43,562 bases of DNA from Candidatus Limnocylindrales bacterium. Lineage in GTDB: Bacteria > Chloroflexota > Limnocylindria > Limnocylindrales > CSP1-4. The stretch is from positions 1 through 43,562 of the forward strand of contig JBBSGX010000001.1 in the NCBI GenBank assembly GCA_038253685.1, in the 5' to 3' direction. The position numbers and the translations under genes were made by a program. This document shows, piece after piece, positions 8,258 through 17,680 of this stretch (position 1 is the first letter of the stretch; the number at the start of each line of letters is the position of its first letter). The notes under the pieces are model-generated. The model made no database searches and was not told where the DNA came from. It worked only from the letters and a program-made list of their open reading frames with translations.

Positions 8258-10363
8258 GTGACCGCCCTTCGACAACCGACGACGCGTCGCGCACCTCCGC
8301 GCGCAGATCGCTCGCTGCCCTATATCAACCGCGAGCTGTCCTGGCTCGACTACAGCGCCCGCATCCTGCACCTGGCACAGGACGAGCGGAACCCATTGCT
8401 CGAGCGCGTCCGCTACCTGGGCATCTTCGCCAACATCCTCGACGAGTTCTTCCAGGTGCGCGTCGCGGGCGTGAAGCAGCAGGTGGCGGCGGGGCACTCG
8501 ACGCCAACGCCCGATGGCATGTCCTCGCCGCAGGTGCTGGACGCCATCCGCGGACGCGTGCTCCAGCTCCAGACCCTCCACTCGCAGGCCTTCGGGGAGG
8601 TCCGGAACGCGCTCGCCGAGGAGGAGATCCGGATCATTCCCTACGAGGACCGAGCCGAGCGCCAGAAGGAGCTGCGCCAGCAGTTCCTCGACGAGATCTT
8701 CCCCGTGCTGACGCCACTCGCGGTAGATCCCGGACACCCATTCCCCTACATCAGCGACCTCTCGCTGTCTCTCGCGGTGACGGTGAGCGATCCCGAGACG
8801 GGGGAGCGCCGGTTCGCGCGCATCAAGGTGCCGCCGGTGCTGCCGCGCCTCTGGGAGGTCGGTGTTCGGACGTACGTGCTCCTGGAGCAGATCATCGCCG
8901 CCAACCTCGACATCCTCTTCCCGGGCATGGAGGTCCTGGAGCACCACCTCTTCCGCGTCACGCGCAACGCCGACCTCTCGATCGAAGAGGACGAGGCGGA
9001 CGACCTGCTGATGGCCATCGAGGAGGAGCTGCGCAAGCGGCGCTTCGGCAAGGTGGTGCGCCTCGAGGTCGAGCGCTCGATGCCGCATGCCACCCGGGCA
9101 CTGCTCCAGCGCGGCCTGGCTCTCGAGCCGCAGGACGTCTACGAGATCTCGGGCATGCTCGACCTCAGCGCGCTGCTCTCGATCGCGGACCTGGACATCC
9201 CGCAACTGCAGCCGCATCCCTGGCAACCGGTCGTGCCGCTCCGTCTGCAGCCACCGGACCCCGACGACGAGGCGGACGTCTTCGCGGCCATCCGCGAGGG
9301 CGACATCCTGCTGCACCATCCGTACGAGTCGTTCGCCGGTTCGGTCCAACGCTTCATCGAGCAGGCGGCCGAGGATCCGGACGTCCTGACGATCAAGATG
9401 ACCCTCTACCGCACAAGCGGTGACTCGCCGATCGTGCGCTCCCTGATCGCCGCCGCCGAGGCCGGCAAGCAGGTCGTGGTGATGGTGGAGATCAAGGCAC
9501 GCTTCGACGAGCGCGCCAACATCGTCTGGGCCAGAGCGCTGGAGCGCGCCGGGGCACACGTCGCCTACGGGCTCGTCGGCCTCAAGACACACAGCAAGGC
9601 CGCGCTCGTGGTCCGCCGCGAGGGCCGCGGCCTGCGCCGCTACGTCCACATCGGCACGGGCAACTACAACCCGACGACAGCACGCGTCTACGCCGACCTG
9701 GGACTCCTCTCGGACGACAACGAGCTCGCCTCGGACGTCACGGACCTCTTCAATGTCCTGACCGGCGTCGCGCGGAAGGGCCAGTACCGCCGGCTGCTGG
9801 TCGCTCCTGTCGGTCTCCGCGATCGCATCCTCGGGCTCATCGACGAGGAGATCGTGCGCCATCGCGAACATGGAGATGGCCGCATCGTCATCAAGAACAA
9901 CGCCACCGTCGATCCCACCGTCGTCGCTGCGCTCTACGCTGCCAGCCGGGCCGGGGTCCCGATCGACCTCATCGTGCGCGGCATGTGCGCCGTGCGGCCG
10001 GGAGTCCAGGGTGTCAGCGAGACCATCCGGGTGCGCTCGATCGTGGGGCGCTTCCTCGAGCACTCGCGAATCTTCAGCTTTGGACAGGGCGAGCGCGAGC
10101 GCTTCTTCATCGGCTCTGCCGACATGATGGAACGCAACCTCGACCGGCGGATCGAGGCCATCGCGCCCGTGACCGACCCACCGCTCATGGATCGCCTGCG
10201 CCGCATCCTCGAGGTGATGCTGGCCGACGATCGCCGCGCCTGGGTGCTCGGCGACGACGGCGAATGGCGCCGGGCAGAGACGCTCGTCGCGGAGCCGTCG
10301 GGCATCGACACCTTCGAGACCCTGATGCCGGTGGTGCGCGCCTCCCTCGAGCCCGCTGGGTGA
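8258..10363 (+). CDS. ppk: Polyphosphate kinase 1
   Basis: ..RSLPYINRELSWLDYSARILHLAQDERNPLLERVRYLGIFANILDEFFQVRV.. and the C-terminal PLD-like domains ..HSKAALVVRRE.. / ..FLEHSRIF.. identify PPK1. GTG at 8258 sits 12 nt after an AGGAGC Shine-Dalgarno sequence. The longer track ORF (from 8006) overlaps the kinase gene. Confidence 0.95.
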   Translation: MTALRQPTTRRAPPRADRSLPYINRELSWLDYSARILHLAQDERNPLLERVRYLGIFANILDEFFQVRVAGVKQQVAAGHSTPTPDGMSSPQVLDAIRGRVLQLQTLHSQAFGEVRNALAEEEIRIIPYEDRAERQKELRQQFLDEIFPVLTPLAVDPGHPFPYISDLSLSLAVTVSDPETGERRFARIKVPPVLPRLWEVGVRTYVLLEQIIAANLDILFPGMEVLEHHLFRVTRNADLSIEEDEADDLLMAIEEELRKRRFGKVVRLEVERSMPHATRALLQRGLALEPQDVYEISGMLDLSALLSIADLDIPQLQPHPWQPVVPLRLQPPDPDDEADVFAAIREGDILLHHPYESFAGSVQRFIEQAAEDPDVLTIKMTLYRTSGDSPIVRSLIAAAEAGKQVVVMVEIKARFDERANIVWARALERAGAHVAYGLVGLKTHSKAALVVRREGRGLRRYVHIGTGNYNPTTARVYADLGLLSDDNELASDVTDLFNVLTGVARKGQYRRLLVAPVGLRDRILGLIDEEIVRHREHGDGRIVIKNNATVDPTVVAALYAASRAGVPIDLIVRGMCAVRPGVQGVSETIRVRSIVGRFLEHSRIFSFGQGERERFFIGSADMMERNLDRRIEAIAPVTDPPLMDRLRRILEVMLADDRRAWVLGDDGEWRRAETLVAEPSGIDTFETLMPVVRASLEPAG

Positions 10364-12081
10364 CGGTCGAGACCATACCCGCACAAGCGGACCCGCAGGA
10401 GGTCGAGCTCAAGTACGCGGTTCGTGACGTGCAGGCGCTGCGCGCGCTGCTGGAGAGCCAGCTTTCCCCGGCCATCACAGCAGGGCCCTGGTCGACGCGC
10501 AACGACGAGGACGCGTACATCGACACCGAGGCGGACGCGCTTGCACAGGCGGGCTTCGGCGGGCGACTCCGCCGGCGCGGCTCCCGCTTCACGCTGTCGC
10601 TCAAGTCCAGGGGCACGGTGGGACCGGATCCGGACGAGGAGGATTCCGGACAGGCGGTCCCAGAGGCGCTCCACCGGCGCGTGGAGATCGAGGGCCCGGC
10701 CACCCGCTCGCTCGATCCCCGGGACTGGTCGGACAGCCCGGCGCGCCAGCGCCTGGTCGACATCATCGGCGAGGCGCCGCTGCGAATCCGCTTCGTCGTG
10801 CAGCAGCGTCGGGCCGTGCGGGAGCTCCGCGACGAAGATGGTCACGCGGCCGAAGTCAGCCTGGACGAGGTGCGCGTCAGGTCGGGCGGCAAGGTCGTTG
10901 GAAGCTTCGCCGCGCTCGAGGTGGAGGCAATCGGCGAGTCGCGCGCGCTTCTCGATCAGATGGCCGCTGACCTGGAGTCGAGCGGGCTCGTCGAGCCCGA
11001 GCACCGTTCAAAGGAAGTGATCGCCGCGGAGCTGGTCGTACGTGCCGGCGAGAGGGCGCGCGCGGGCGAACCGACGGGCGGCTCGGCGGAGGAGTCGGCT
11101 GCGTCACCTGACGCTCTTGGCGTCGATGAGGACGACGCGACCCCCAAGCCGCCGAAGTCTCCCGGCGTCAGCGTTGATGACACTCTCGGCGCGGCCGGCC
11201 GGAAGGTCCTGCGCATGCACCTCATGCGGATGCTCGCCAGCGAGCCCGGCACGCGAACCGGCGAGACCCCCGAGGACCTACACAAGATGCGGGTGGCGAC
11301 CCGCCGCATGCGCGCGGCCTGGCGCGTCTTCGACGGTGCCTACCGGCCCAAGCTCCAGAAACGCTACGTGCGCGAGCTGCGCGAAACGGCCACCGCGCTC
11401 GGCGAGGTGCGCGACCTAGACGTCCAGATCGAGGGAGTGGACGACTATCTGAAAACGCTCTCCCCTGCCGGCGCGGCCGCCCTGGAGCCGCTCCGCGACG
11501 AATGGCAGCGTCGCCGCGAGGCCGGGCGGGAACGCTTGCTCGAGCTGCTTGACTCGAACAGCTACGCGCGGTTCGTGATCGACTATCGCGAGTTCGTGGA
11601 GACGCCCGGCAAGGGAGAGCTGGAGCCCGCACCGGGTGCCCCGATCCTGGTGCATGACACGGCCGGCGGCCGCATCTGGCAGGCCTACGAGCGGGTACGC
11701 GCGCACGACACCACGCTGGCCTGGGCGGATGTGGCGGCCCTGCATGCACTCCGCATCGACGGGAAGCGGCTGCGCTACACGCTCGAATTCTTTCGCGAGG
11801 TCCTGCCGCGACAGTCGGACGAGTTGATCGCCCGGGTCACCGAGCTCCAGGACCATCTCGGACTCCTCAACGATGCCGACGTCGCGTCGCACCTGACCCG
11901 GACCTTCCTGGTCAGCCAGGCATCGCGCCTGCCGGCAGGCTCCCGTGAGGCCATCGGGCACTACCTGGACTCGCGCGAGGCGGAGATCGCGCGGCTACGG
12001 CGGCTGCTGCCCCCGATCTGGCGCCGCGTCACGGCCATCCCCTTCCGTCGCCGCCTGGGGACCTCGATCTCGGCTCTCTAG
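10360..12081 (+). CDS. CYTH (triphosphate tunnel metalloenzyme) + CHAD domain protein
   Basis: GTG at 10360 overlaps the ppk stop (GTGA). EVELKY is the CYTH ExExK signature. The C-terminal half (..LHKMRVATRRMRAAWRVF..LGEVRDLDV..ALHALRIDGKRLRYTLEFF..) is the His/Arg-rich helical CHAD pattern. Confidence 0.85.
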   Translation: MTVETIPAQADPQEVELKYAVRDVQALRALLESQLSPAITAGPWSTRNDEDAYIDTEADALAQAGFGGRLRRRGSRFTLSLKSRGTVGPDPDEEDSGQAVPEALHRRVEIEGPATRSLDPRDWSDSPARQRLVDIIGEAPLRIRFVVQQRRAVRELRDEDGHAAEVSLDEVRVRSGGKVVGSFAALEVEAIGESRALLDQMAADLESSGLVEPEHRSKEVIAAELVVRAGERARAGEPTGGSAEESAASPDALGVDEDDATPKPPKSPGVSVDDTLGAAGRKVLRMHLMRMLASEPGTRTGETPEDLHKMRVATRRMRAAWRVFDGAYRPKLQKRYVRELRETATALGEVRDLDVQIEGVDDYLKTLSPAGAAALEPLRDEWQRRREAGRERLLELLDSNSYARFVIDYREFVETPGKGELEPAPGAPILVHDTAGGRIWQAYERVRAHDTTLAWADVAALHALRIDGKRLRYTLEFFREVLPRQSDELIARVTELQDHLGLLNDADVASHLTRTFLVSQASRLPAGSREAIGHYLDSREAEIARLRRLLPPIWRRVTAIPFRRRLGTSISAL

Positions 12082-12123
12082 ACGTCGCGGCGCCGGCGGG
12101 GGAATCCGGAGGTTTCACGGACC

Positions 12124-12156
12124 GTTAACGCGGGGGCAACGGAGCGTTGACCGAGC
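12124..12156 (+). promoter_or_regulatory. Three contiguous 11-nt direct-repeat units, Pho-box-like
   Basis: The units are GTTAACGCGGG, GGCAACGGAGC and GTTGACCGAGC. The last unit matches the first unit of the pstS-proximal array (GTTAACCGAGC) at 10 of 11 positions. It lies just upstream of ATG 12174. Confidence 0.45.
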
Positions 12157-12173
12157 GCTCCCAGCATCGCGCC

Positions 12174-12962
12174 ATGGCAGTTGGACAGCTCACCGCAGAG
12201 GTCCTGGTGCTCGCCGACCCGCGCACCTTCGACAACCTCGCCTTTCACATGCCGGGCCTGTCGGTCCGCGTGCTCGACCGGCCCGAATCGTTCCTTGCCG
12301 ATGTGAGCGACCTGCGACCGCGGGTCGCGCTCGTGTACCTGCCCCCGGCCACGCCGAACGTGATCACGTCGGTGGCGGCCCTTCGACGACGCCGCACGGC
12401 GCTGCGCTGCATCCTCGTCAACGAGCCGGACGGCGTGGAGGCAAGGCTCCGCGCCCTGGATGGCGGATTCGACGAGGCATTGACCTCGCTGGTCACCGCC
12501 GAGGAGCTCATCGGACGCCTGGCGATCCTGGCGCGGGCGCAGCGCAACGGCAGGGACCGGCTCACCGTTGGCGAGGGCTCGGAGCTCGACGTCGCCACGC
12601 GCCAGCTGGTGCGCGACGGGCGCGCGGTCCACCTGCGGCCTAAGGAATTCCGGCTCCTTGAAGCGCTTGCCAGGCATCCCGGCCGCGTCCAGAGCCGCAG
12701 CCAATTGCTCGACCGGGTCTGGGGACCCGGCCGAGCCGGCGACCCGCGGACCGTCGACGTCCACATCCGCTGGCTGCGCGCCAAGGTCGAACCGAAGCCG
12801 GACAAGCCGGTCCATCTCGTCACCGTACGCGGAGTGGGCTACCGGCTCGATCCCGCGGGCACGGAGCGCGAGCTCCCTCACCCGTCCGCCTCCTCTCCTC
12901 CGGACGGCCCGGGCCTCCCTCACCCCGGGGCCCGGGCCGTCTCCTCGTTAACCGAGCGTTAA
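12174..12962 (+). CDS. OmpR/PhoB-family winged-helix regulator with a degenerate (pseudo-)receiver domain
   Basis: The C-terminus ..LRPKEFRLLEALARHPGRVQSRSQLLDRVWG..RTVDVHIRWLRAKVE..VTVRGVGYRL is Trans_reg_C. The N-terminal domain has receiver topology, but the phospho-acceptor position reads ..RVALVYLPP (Tyr, not Asp), the acidic pair is AD, and the conserved Thr and Lys positions read N and S. The track start (TTG 12147) lies inside the repeat element, so I prefer ATG 12174. Confidence 0.8.
   Translation: MAVGQLTAEVLVLADPRTFDNLAFHMPGLSVRVLDRPESFLADVSDLRPRVALVYLPPATPNVITSVAALRRRRTALRCILVNEPDGVEARLRALDGGFDEALTSLVTAEELIGRLAILARAQRNGRDRLTVGEGSELDVATRQLVRDGRAVHLRPKEFRLLEALARHPGRVQSRSQLLDRVWGPGRAGDPRTVDVHIRWLRAKVEPKPDKPVHLVTVRGVGYRLDPAGTERELPHPSASSPPDGPGLPHPGARAVSSLTER
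12904..12940 (+). other. 12-bp perfect inverted repeat (ACGGCCCGGGCC ... GGCCCGGGCCGT) inside the 3' tail of the regulator gene
   Basis: Read directly from the sequence; the loop is 13 nt. It sits immediately upstream of the pstS-proximal repeat array. Confidence 0.4.
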
Positions 12963-12990
12963 CCGGAGAACAAACGGGCGTTCATGGGCC
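12947..12990 (+). promoter_or_regulatory. Four contiguous 11-nt direct-repeat units, Pho-box-like, upstream of pstS
   Basis: The units are GTTAACCGAGC, GTTAACCGGAG, AACAAACGGGC and GTTCATGGGCC. The 11-nt periodicity and GTT(A/C)A core resemble Gram-positive PHO boxes (Streptomyces GTTCACC-type units, Bacillus TTAACA). The array ends 70 nt before the pstS ATG. Confidence 0.55.
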
Positions 12991-13060
12991 GGGCCCACGC
13001 TCATCCGGGAAACGTCAAGGAAAGAGCGCGATCGCGCGGCTGGAATCTGAGGAGGCACAG

Positions 13061-14038
13061 ATGGAGATCGGAAAGAGGATTGCCGCCGTGGCAGTCGCAG
13101 GGGCGCTCTTCGTCGGCGCCTGTGGCGGCTCAGGCTCGTCGGCTCCGCCGTCGGTGGCAGGCCCGGGGTCCGTCGCTCCCGGCAGTGTCGGTGCCGGTGG
13201 GAACTGCGTGGCAGGCAGCATCATCGCCGGCGGCTCGACCGCGCTTCAGCCGCTCGTGGACGCAGCCCAGAAGGCCTACACCACGGGGTGCACTGGCACC
13301 ACCATCTCGGTCCAGCCGGGAGGCTCCGGGACCGGACTCACCCAGGTCCTGTCGGGAGGCTTCCAGATCGGCAACTCGGACATCTTCGCCGAGGAGAAGC
13401 TCCAGCCTGCCGACGCGAGTCAGCTGGTCGACCACCAGGTCGTCCGCCAGGGCTGGGTCATGGTCACACACAAGGGAGTCACCGGCGTCACCACCCTGAC
13501 CAGTGACCAGGCCACGCAGATCTGGACGGGGGCGGTCACGAACTGGAAGGACGTCGGCGGCCCCGACCTGCCGATCGTCCTGATCATCCGCCCGGCTTCC
13601 TCGGGCACCCGCGCCACCTTCAAGCGGATCGTTCTCGGCGGGAAGAACGAGGCGGCCGGAACCGCCCTCACCGAGGACTCAAACGGAGCCGTGCAGACGG
13701 CTGTGTCGACCACGCCGGGAGCCACCAGCGTGGTCGGCTTCACCTTCTACCAGTCGAACACAGCCACCCTCAACGCCCTCCAGCTCGATGGTGTGACTGC
13801 ATCGGTTGACAACATGGGCAACGGCACCTACAAGCTCCAGGCGATCGGCCACATGTACACGAAGGGTGCCGCAGACGGACTCAGCAAGGCCCTGACCGAT
13901 TACATGCTGAGCCCGACGGTTCAGAATGGCCTGGTGAAGACCATGTTCTACGCCCCCATCGGCACCGGGCCCGCTGCGACCCCGCCGGTCGTGGTGGGAC
14001 CCAGCTCTCCGGCGCCGGCGAGCCCCAGCCCGAGCTGA
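13061..14038 (+). CDS. pstS: Phosphate ABC transporter substrate-binding lipoprotein PstS
   Basis: A GAGGAGG Shine-Dalgarno sequence lies 5 nt upstream. The lipobox is LFVGAC. ..GGSTALQPLV..GGSGTGL..ASSGTRATF.. is the PstS/PBP pattern. Confidence 0.9.
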   Translation: MEIGKRIAAVAVAGALFVGACGGSGSSAPPSVAGPGSVAPGSVGAGGNCVAGSIIAGGSTALQPLVDAAQKAYTTGCTGTTISVQPGGSGTGLTQVLSGGFQIGNSDIFAEEKLQPADASQLVDHQVVRQGWVMVTHKGVTGVTTLTSDQATQIWTGAVTNWKDVGGPDLPIVLIIRPASSGTRATFKRIVLGGKNEAAGTALTEDSNGAVQTAVSTTPGATSVVGFTFYQSNTATLNALQLDGVTASVDNMGNGTYKLQAIGHMYTKGAADGLSKALTDYMLSPTVQNGLVKTMFYAPIGTGPAATPPVVVGPSSPAPASPSPS

Positions 14039-14070
14039 CCACCGCTCGCCAACCGAACTCCTGTCCAGCC

Positions 14071-14096
14071 GCTGGCCCGGCCATCGCCGGGCCAGC
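14071..14096 (+). promoter_or_regulatory. Intercistronic GC-rich stem-loop between pstS and pstC
   Basis: GCTGGCCCGGC / loop CATC / GCCGGGCCAGC forms an 11-bp perfect stem with no U-tract. Confidence 0.55.
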
Positions 14097-14119
14097 GAAC
14101 ACCCATCTGGAGTCAGGCG

Positions 14120-15061
14120 ATGGCCGCGACCGCCACGATAGAACGGGGACCCATCGATCGGGTGATGACCGTGCGGGAGCGGATCGATCCGGCCCGCAGG
14201 ATCACGCTGATGGCATCGGCCATCGTGCTCCTGCTGGTCCTCCTGCTGCTCGTCTTCATCGGGCTGAACGGCGTCCAGATCTTCACGTCGTCGGGGATTC
14301 CGTTCGCCGCCGTCTTCAACACGCAGTGGTTGCCCGGTGACCAGTTCGTCCCCGGTGAGGTGAGCTTCGGGATCTTTCCCTTCATCGCCGGGACGCTCGG
14401 CGTCATGTTCGTGGCCGCGCTCATGGCCACCCCCCTGTCCGTCGGCCTCGCCATCTACATGGCCGAGGTCGCGCCCCGCTGGGCCCGCTCGATCACCCAG
14501 CCTTCGATGGAGGTCTTCGTCGGCATTCCCAGCGTCGTATGGGGCTGGCTAGGGATCACCATCCTGGTGCCCTTCCTCAGCCACAACCTTGCGGGCATCG
14601 GCTTCAGCCTGGGCTTCAGCTGGTTCGCCGGTTCGCTGGTGCTCGCGCTGATGATCCTGCCCACGATCACGAGCATCGCGTACGACGCCATAACCAGCGT
14701 TCCGGCAGAGATGCGAGGCGCATCGGTCGCGCTGGGCACGACTCGCTGGCAGACGATCCGCCACGTCGTGATCCCGGCCGCGTTGGGCGGCATCGCCACC
14801 GCCGTCGTGCTCGGCATGATGCGCGCCGCCGGAGAGGCACTCGCGGTCCAGATGGTCATCGGGAACCGTCCGGTCATGCCCACCAGCCTCACCCAGCCGT
14901 TGACGACCTTAACCGCCCAGATCACCCTCGACATGGGCAACACGGTCGGTGGCACACCCTGGAACCAGGTGCTCTGGACGATGGGCCTGGTCCTGCTGCT
15001 GATCTCGTTCGGGTTCGTCCTGCTCGTGCGCCGCCTGTCACGCAGCCGGCAGGTCCCATGA
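14120..15061 (+). CDS. pstC: Phosphate ABC transporter permease PstC
   Basis: Multi-pass membrane protein with the BPD-transporter EAA-like loop ..ASVALGTTRWQTIRHVVIPAA.. It lies between pstS and pstA. Confidence 0.9.
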   Translation: MAATATIERGPIDRVMTVRERIDPARRITLMASAIVLLLVLLLLVFIGLNGVQIFTSSGIPFAAVFNTQWLPGDQFVPGEVSFGIFPFIAGTLGVMFVAALMATPLSVGLAIYMAEVAPRWARSITQPSMEVFVGIPSVVWGWLGITILVPFLSHNLAGIGFSLGFSWFAGSLVLALMILPTITSIAYDAITSVPAEMRGASVALGTTRWQTIRHVVIPAALGGIATAVVLGMMRAAGEALAVQMVIGNRPVMPTSLTQPLTTLTAQITLDMGNTVGGTPWNQVLWTMGLVLLLISFGFVLLVRRLSRSRQVP

Positions 15062-15984
15062 GCCAGGCCACCTCCCCGCAGTCGGCAGCCGCCATGAGGC
15101 GGACGCTCCATGCGGATCGCGTCGCCACCGGCGTGCTGTGGGCGATCGGCATCTTCGTCGTGCTCATCCTCGGCGCGATCATCCTGCACTTCCTCCTGGC
15201 CTCGATCGGCACGATGTCACCGAGCTTCCTGTTCGGCGATCCGAGCGACACGACGGTCGGTGGCATCGGACCGGTCCTGTGGAACTCGGTGTACGTCCTC
15301 GTGCTGACGCTGCTCATCACCGTGCCGCTCGGCCTGCTCGGTGGGATCTACATGGCCGAGTACGCCGGCCAGGGTCGCATCCCGAACATCATCCGCCTCA
15401 GCCAGGAGCTGATCAGCTCCGTTCCGTCGATCGTCGTGGGGCTCTTCGGTCTCGCGCTGTTCGTTAATGCCACGCACTGGAGCTTCACGGCACTCGGCGG
15501 CGCGCTGGCGCTCTCGGTCTTCAACCTCCCACTGCTGACGCGTCTCACGGAACAGGCGCTCCGCGCGGTGCCGCGGGACGAGCGCGACGGAAGCCTGGCG
15601 CTCGGAACGACCAAATGGCAGACCATCCGCCATGTGGCGCTTCCCTTGGCGATCCCCGGCATCCTGACCGGCGTGATCCTCACGGCGGGCCGCATCTTCG
15701 GCGAAGCAGCCGCCCTCATCTTCACGGCCGGCGTCGCCACGCCGTCCCACTACGACTTCGCGAACCTGAACATCACCGACCCTCGTTCCCCCTGGAGCCC
15801 GTTCCATTCGGCCACCACGCTGGCGGTGTACATCTGGGCCCAGAACTCCGAAGGGCTGGGCCAGTTCGTACGCCAGATCGCCGATTCGTCCGCGGCCGTC
15901 CTGGTGATCATGGTCATGATCTTCAACCTCGGTGCCCGCGGCCTGGGCCGTGTCCTTCAACGACGTGCCACGGGCGTCTCCTGA
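15058..15984 (+). CDS. pstA: Phosphate ABC transporter permease PstA
   Basis: ATG at 15058 overlaps the pstC stop (ATGA). ..[24 protein letters not shown].. is present. The longer track ORF (from 14539) lies inside pstC. Confidence 0.9.
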   Translation: MSQATSPQSAAAMRRTLHADRVATGVLWAIGIFVVLILGAIILHFLLASIGTMSPSFLFGDPSDTTVGGIGPVLWNSVYVLVLTLLITVPLGLLGGIYMAEYAGQGRIPNIIRLSQELISSVPSIVVGLFGLALFVNATHWSFTALGGALALSVFNLPLLTRLTEQALRAVPRDERDGSLALGTTKWQTIRHVALPLAIPGILTGVILTAGRIFGEAAALIFTAGVATPSHYDFANLNITDPRSPWSPFHSATTLAVYIWAQNSEGLGQFVRQIADSSAAVLVIMVMIFNLGARGLGRVLQRRATGVS

Positions 15985-16013
15985 AACCGATGGCCACCAT
16001 TCCGGAGGAGCCC

Positions 16014-16874
16014 ATGTCCGTTGCAGATCCACCCGCGCTGACCAGCCCGCCCATCCCGATGCCCGCGGTCGCTCGCGAGCAGGCGCCGGCCGCGAGCGCC
16101 CGCGAGGTGAAGCTCCGGGCTCGCGGGCTCAACGTCTACTACGGGTCACGACGCGCGGTTCGCGACGTCGACCTCGACGTCGGTGCCAACGCGATCACCT
16201 CGTTCATCGGGCCGTCCGGCTGCGGCAAAAGCACGATTCTGCGCTGCTTCGATCGGATGAACGACCTCATCCCCGGCGCTCGCGTGGAAGGCGAGATCCT
16301 GCTCAACGGCGAGGACATCAACGCCAGCAACGTGCTCCCGGTCGAGGTGCGGCGTCGCGTCGGGCTCGTCTTCCAGCGTCCCAACCCCTTCCCCATGACC
16401 ATCTATGACAACGTGGCCTATGGGCCGCGGCGGCACGGCGTGAAGGATCGAAAGGTCCTCGACGAGGTCGTCGAGAACTCGATCCGTCGCGCCGCGCTGT
16501 GGGATGAGGTGAAGGACGACTACCGGCGCAAGTCGGGACTCTCACTCTCGGGCGGCCAGCAGCAGCGGCTGTGCATCGCGCGCACGCTCGCGACGGAGCC
16601 CGACGTGATCCTGATGGACGAGCCGTGTTCCGCGCTCGACCCGATCGCCACGCTCAAGATCGAGGAGCTGATGGCCGATCTGCGCGAGCGCTACACGATT
16701 GTGATCGTCACCCACAACATGCAACAGGCAGCCAGGGTCAGCGATCGCACGGCCTTCTTCACGTTGGGCGACGATCGGGCGGGTTACCTCGTCGAGTTCG
16801 GCGAGACCAGCCAGATGTTCATGAACCCGCGCGAGCAACTCACGGAAGACTACGTTTCGGGGCGCTTCGGCTAG
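16014..16874 (+). CDS. pstB: Phosphate import ATP-binding protein PstB
   Basis: Walker A is GPSGCGKST, the signature is LSGGQQQRL and Walker B is ILMDEP. ATG 16014 follows a GGAGGAG Shine-Dalgarno sequence at 5 nt. An in-frame ATG at 15990 is an alternative start. Confidence 0.93.
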   Translation: MSVADPPALTSPPIPMPAVAREQAPAASAREVKLRARGLNVYYGSRRAVRDVDLDVGANAITSFIGPSGCGKSTILRCFDRMNDLIPGARVEGEILLNGEDINASNVLPVEVRRRVGLVFQRPNPFPMTIYDNVAYGPRRHGVKDRKVLDEVVENSIRRAALWDEVKDDYRRKSGLSLSGGQQQRLCIARTLATEPDVILMDEPCSALDPIATLKIEELMADLRERYTIVIVTHNMQQAARVSDRTAFFTLGDDRAGYLVEFGETSQMFMNPREQLTEDYVSGRFG

Positions 16875-16885
16875 AGGGCGAGGAC

Positions 16886-17680
16886 ATGGACGAGAACGAC
16901 GAACTCCAGGCGGACGACTCGGCGGCGACCGAAACATCGTTGGCGGCAGGTCTCGTCGATCGCCAGATCGAAGGGATCGTTGACCGGCTCGCGGCCCGTG
17001 CCGCACCGCCGCAGGTCGGCCAGCACTCGCGCGAAGGGCTCGACCGCGAGGAGCGCGAGATCAAGGACAACGTGCTGCGGATGGGCAGCCTGGTCGCAGA
17101 ACAGATCCTGGCTGCCATTGCCGCTCTCGAGGCGCACGACACCGAGGCAGCCACGGCCGTGATCATCGGCGACGGACGTCTCAATGAGGTGCAGCGTACG
17201 GTCTCGTCCCTCATCGCACGGACCATCGCGACCCAGCAGCCGGTTGCCCGCGACCTGCGTTTCCTTCTCACCCTCGATCACGTCAGCTACGAGCTCGAAC
17301 GGATGGGTGACCACGCATCGTCGGTGGCGAAGCAGGCCCGCAAGTTGGCGCCCGAGCCGCCGCTCCAGCAGTACGTCCACCTGCCCGAGATGGGAGCGCT
17401 GTGCGCGAGCCAGGTGCGGGAGGTGCTGCGGGCCCTCGTCGACGTCGACGAGAAGCGTGCCCGCGAGGTGGCCGCCATCGACGACGACATCGACCGGCTG
17501 TACCACGCGATCTTCGACGAGGTGCTCGAGCTGATGCGCGCCAATCCCGACAACGTCGACCGCGGCACCCGGATCCTGTTCGCGGCGCACTACCTGGAGC
17601 GCATCGGTGATCGCGTCACCAACATCGCGGAGGACGTGGTCTTTCTCTCCACCGGCGACATCGAGGATCTAAACCCATGA
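16886..17680 (+). CDS. phoU: Phosphate signalling complex protein PhoU, with a ~45-aa acidic N-terminal extension
   Basis: Two PhoU repeats are present: ..ARDLRFLLTLDHVSYELERMGDHA.. and ..RILFAAHYLERIGDRVTNIAEDV.. ATG 16886 lies 9 nt after the pstB stop. Confidence 0.9.
   Translation: MDENDELQADDSAATETSLAAGLVDRQIEGIVDRLAARAAPPQVGQHSREGLDREEREIKDNVLRMGSLVAEQILAAIAALEAHDTEAATAVIIGDGRLNEVQRTVSSLIARTIATQQPVARDLRFLLTLDHVSYELERMGDHASSVAKQARKLAPEPPLQQYVHLPEMGALCASQVREVLRALVDVDEKRAREVAAIDDDIDRLYHAIFDEVLELMRANPDNVDRGTRILFAAHYLERIGDRVTNIAEDVVFLSTGDIEDLNP

Noticed and set aside
8129-10384. A 751-aa ORF antisense to ppk1. Similar very long antisense or out-of-frame ORFs occur at 2431-4002, 19051-20196, 23276-25024, 31858-33090, the 5' part of 33589-35361, 40345-41412 and 28529-29608.
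   Set aside because: Their translations are Arg/Pro/Gly/Ala-rich with no recognisable motifs. Each lies opposite a gene with clear family signatures and GC3 bias. Stop-poor antisense frames are expected in high-GC DNA.
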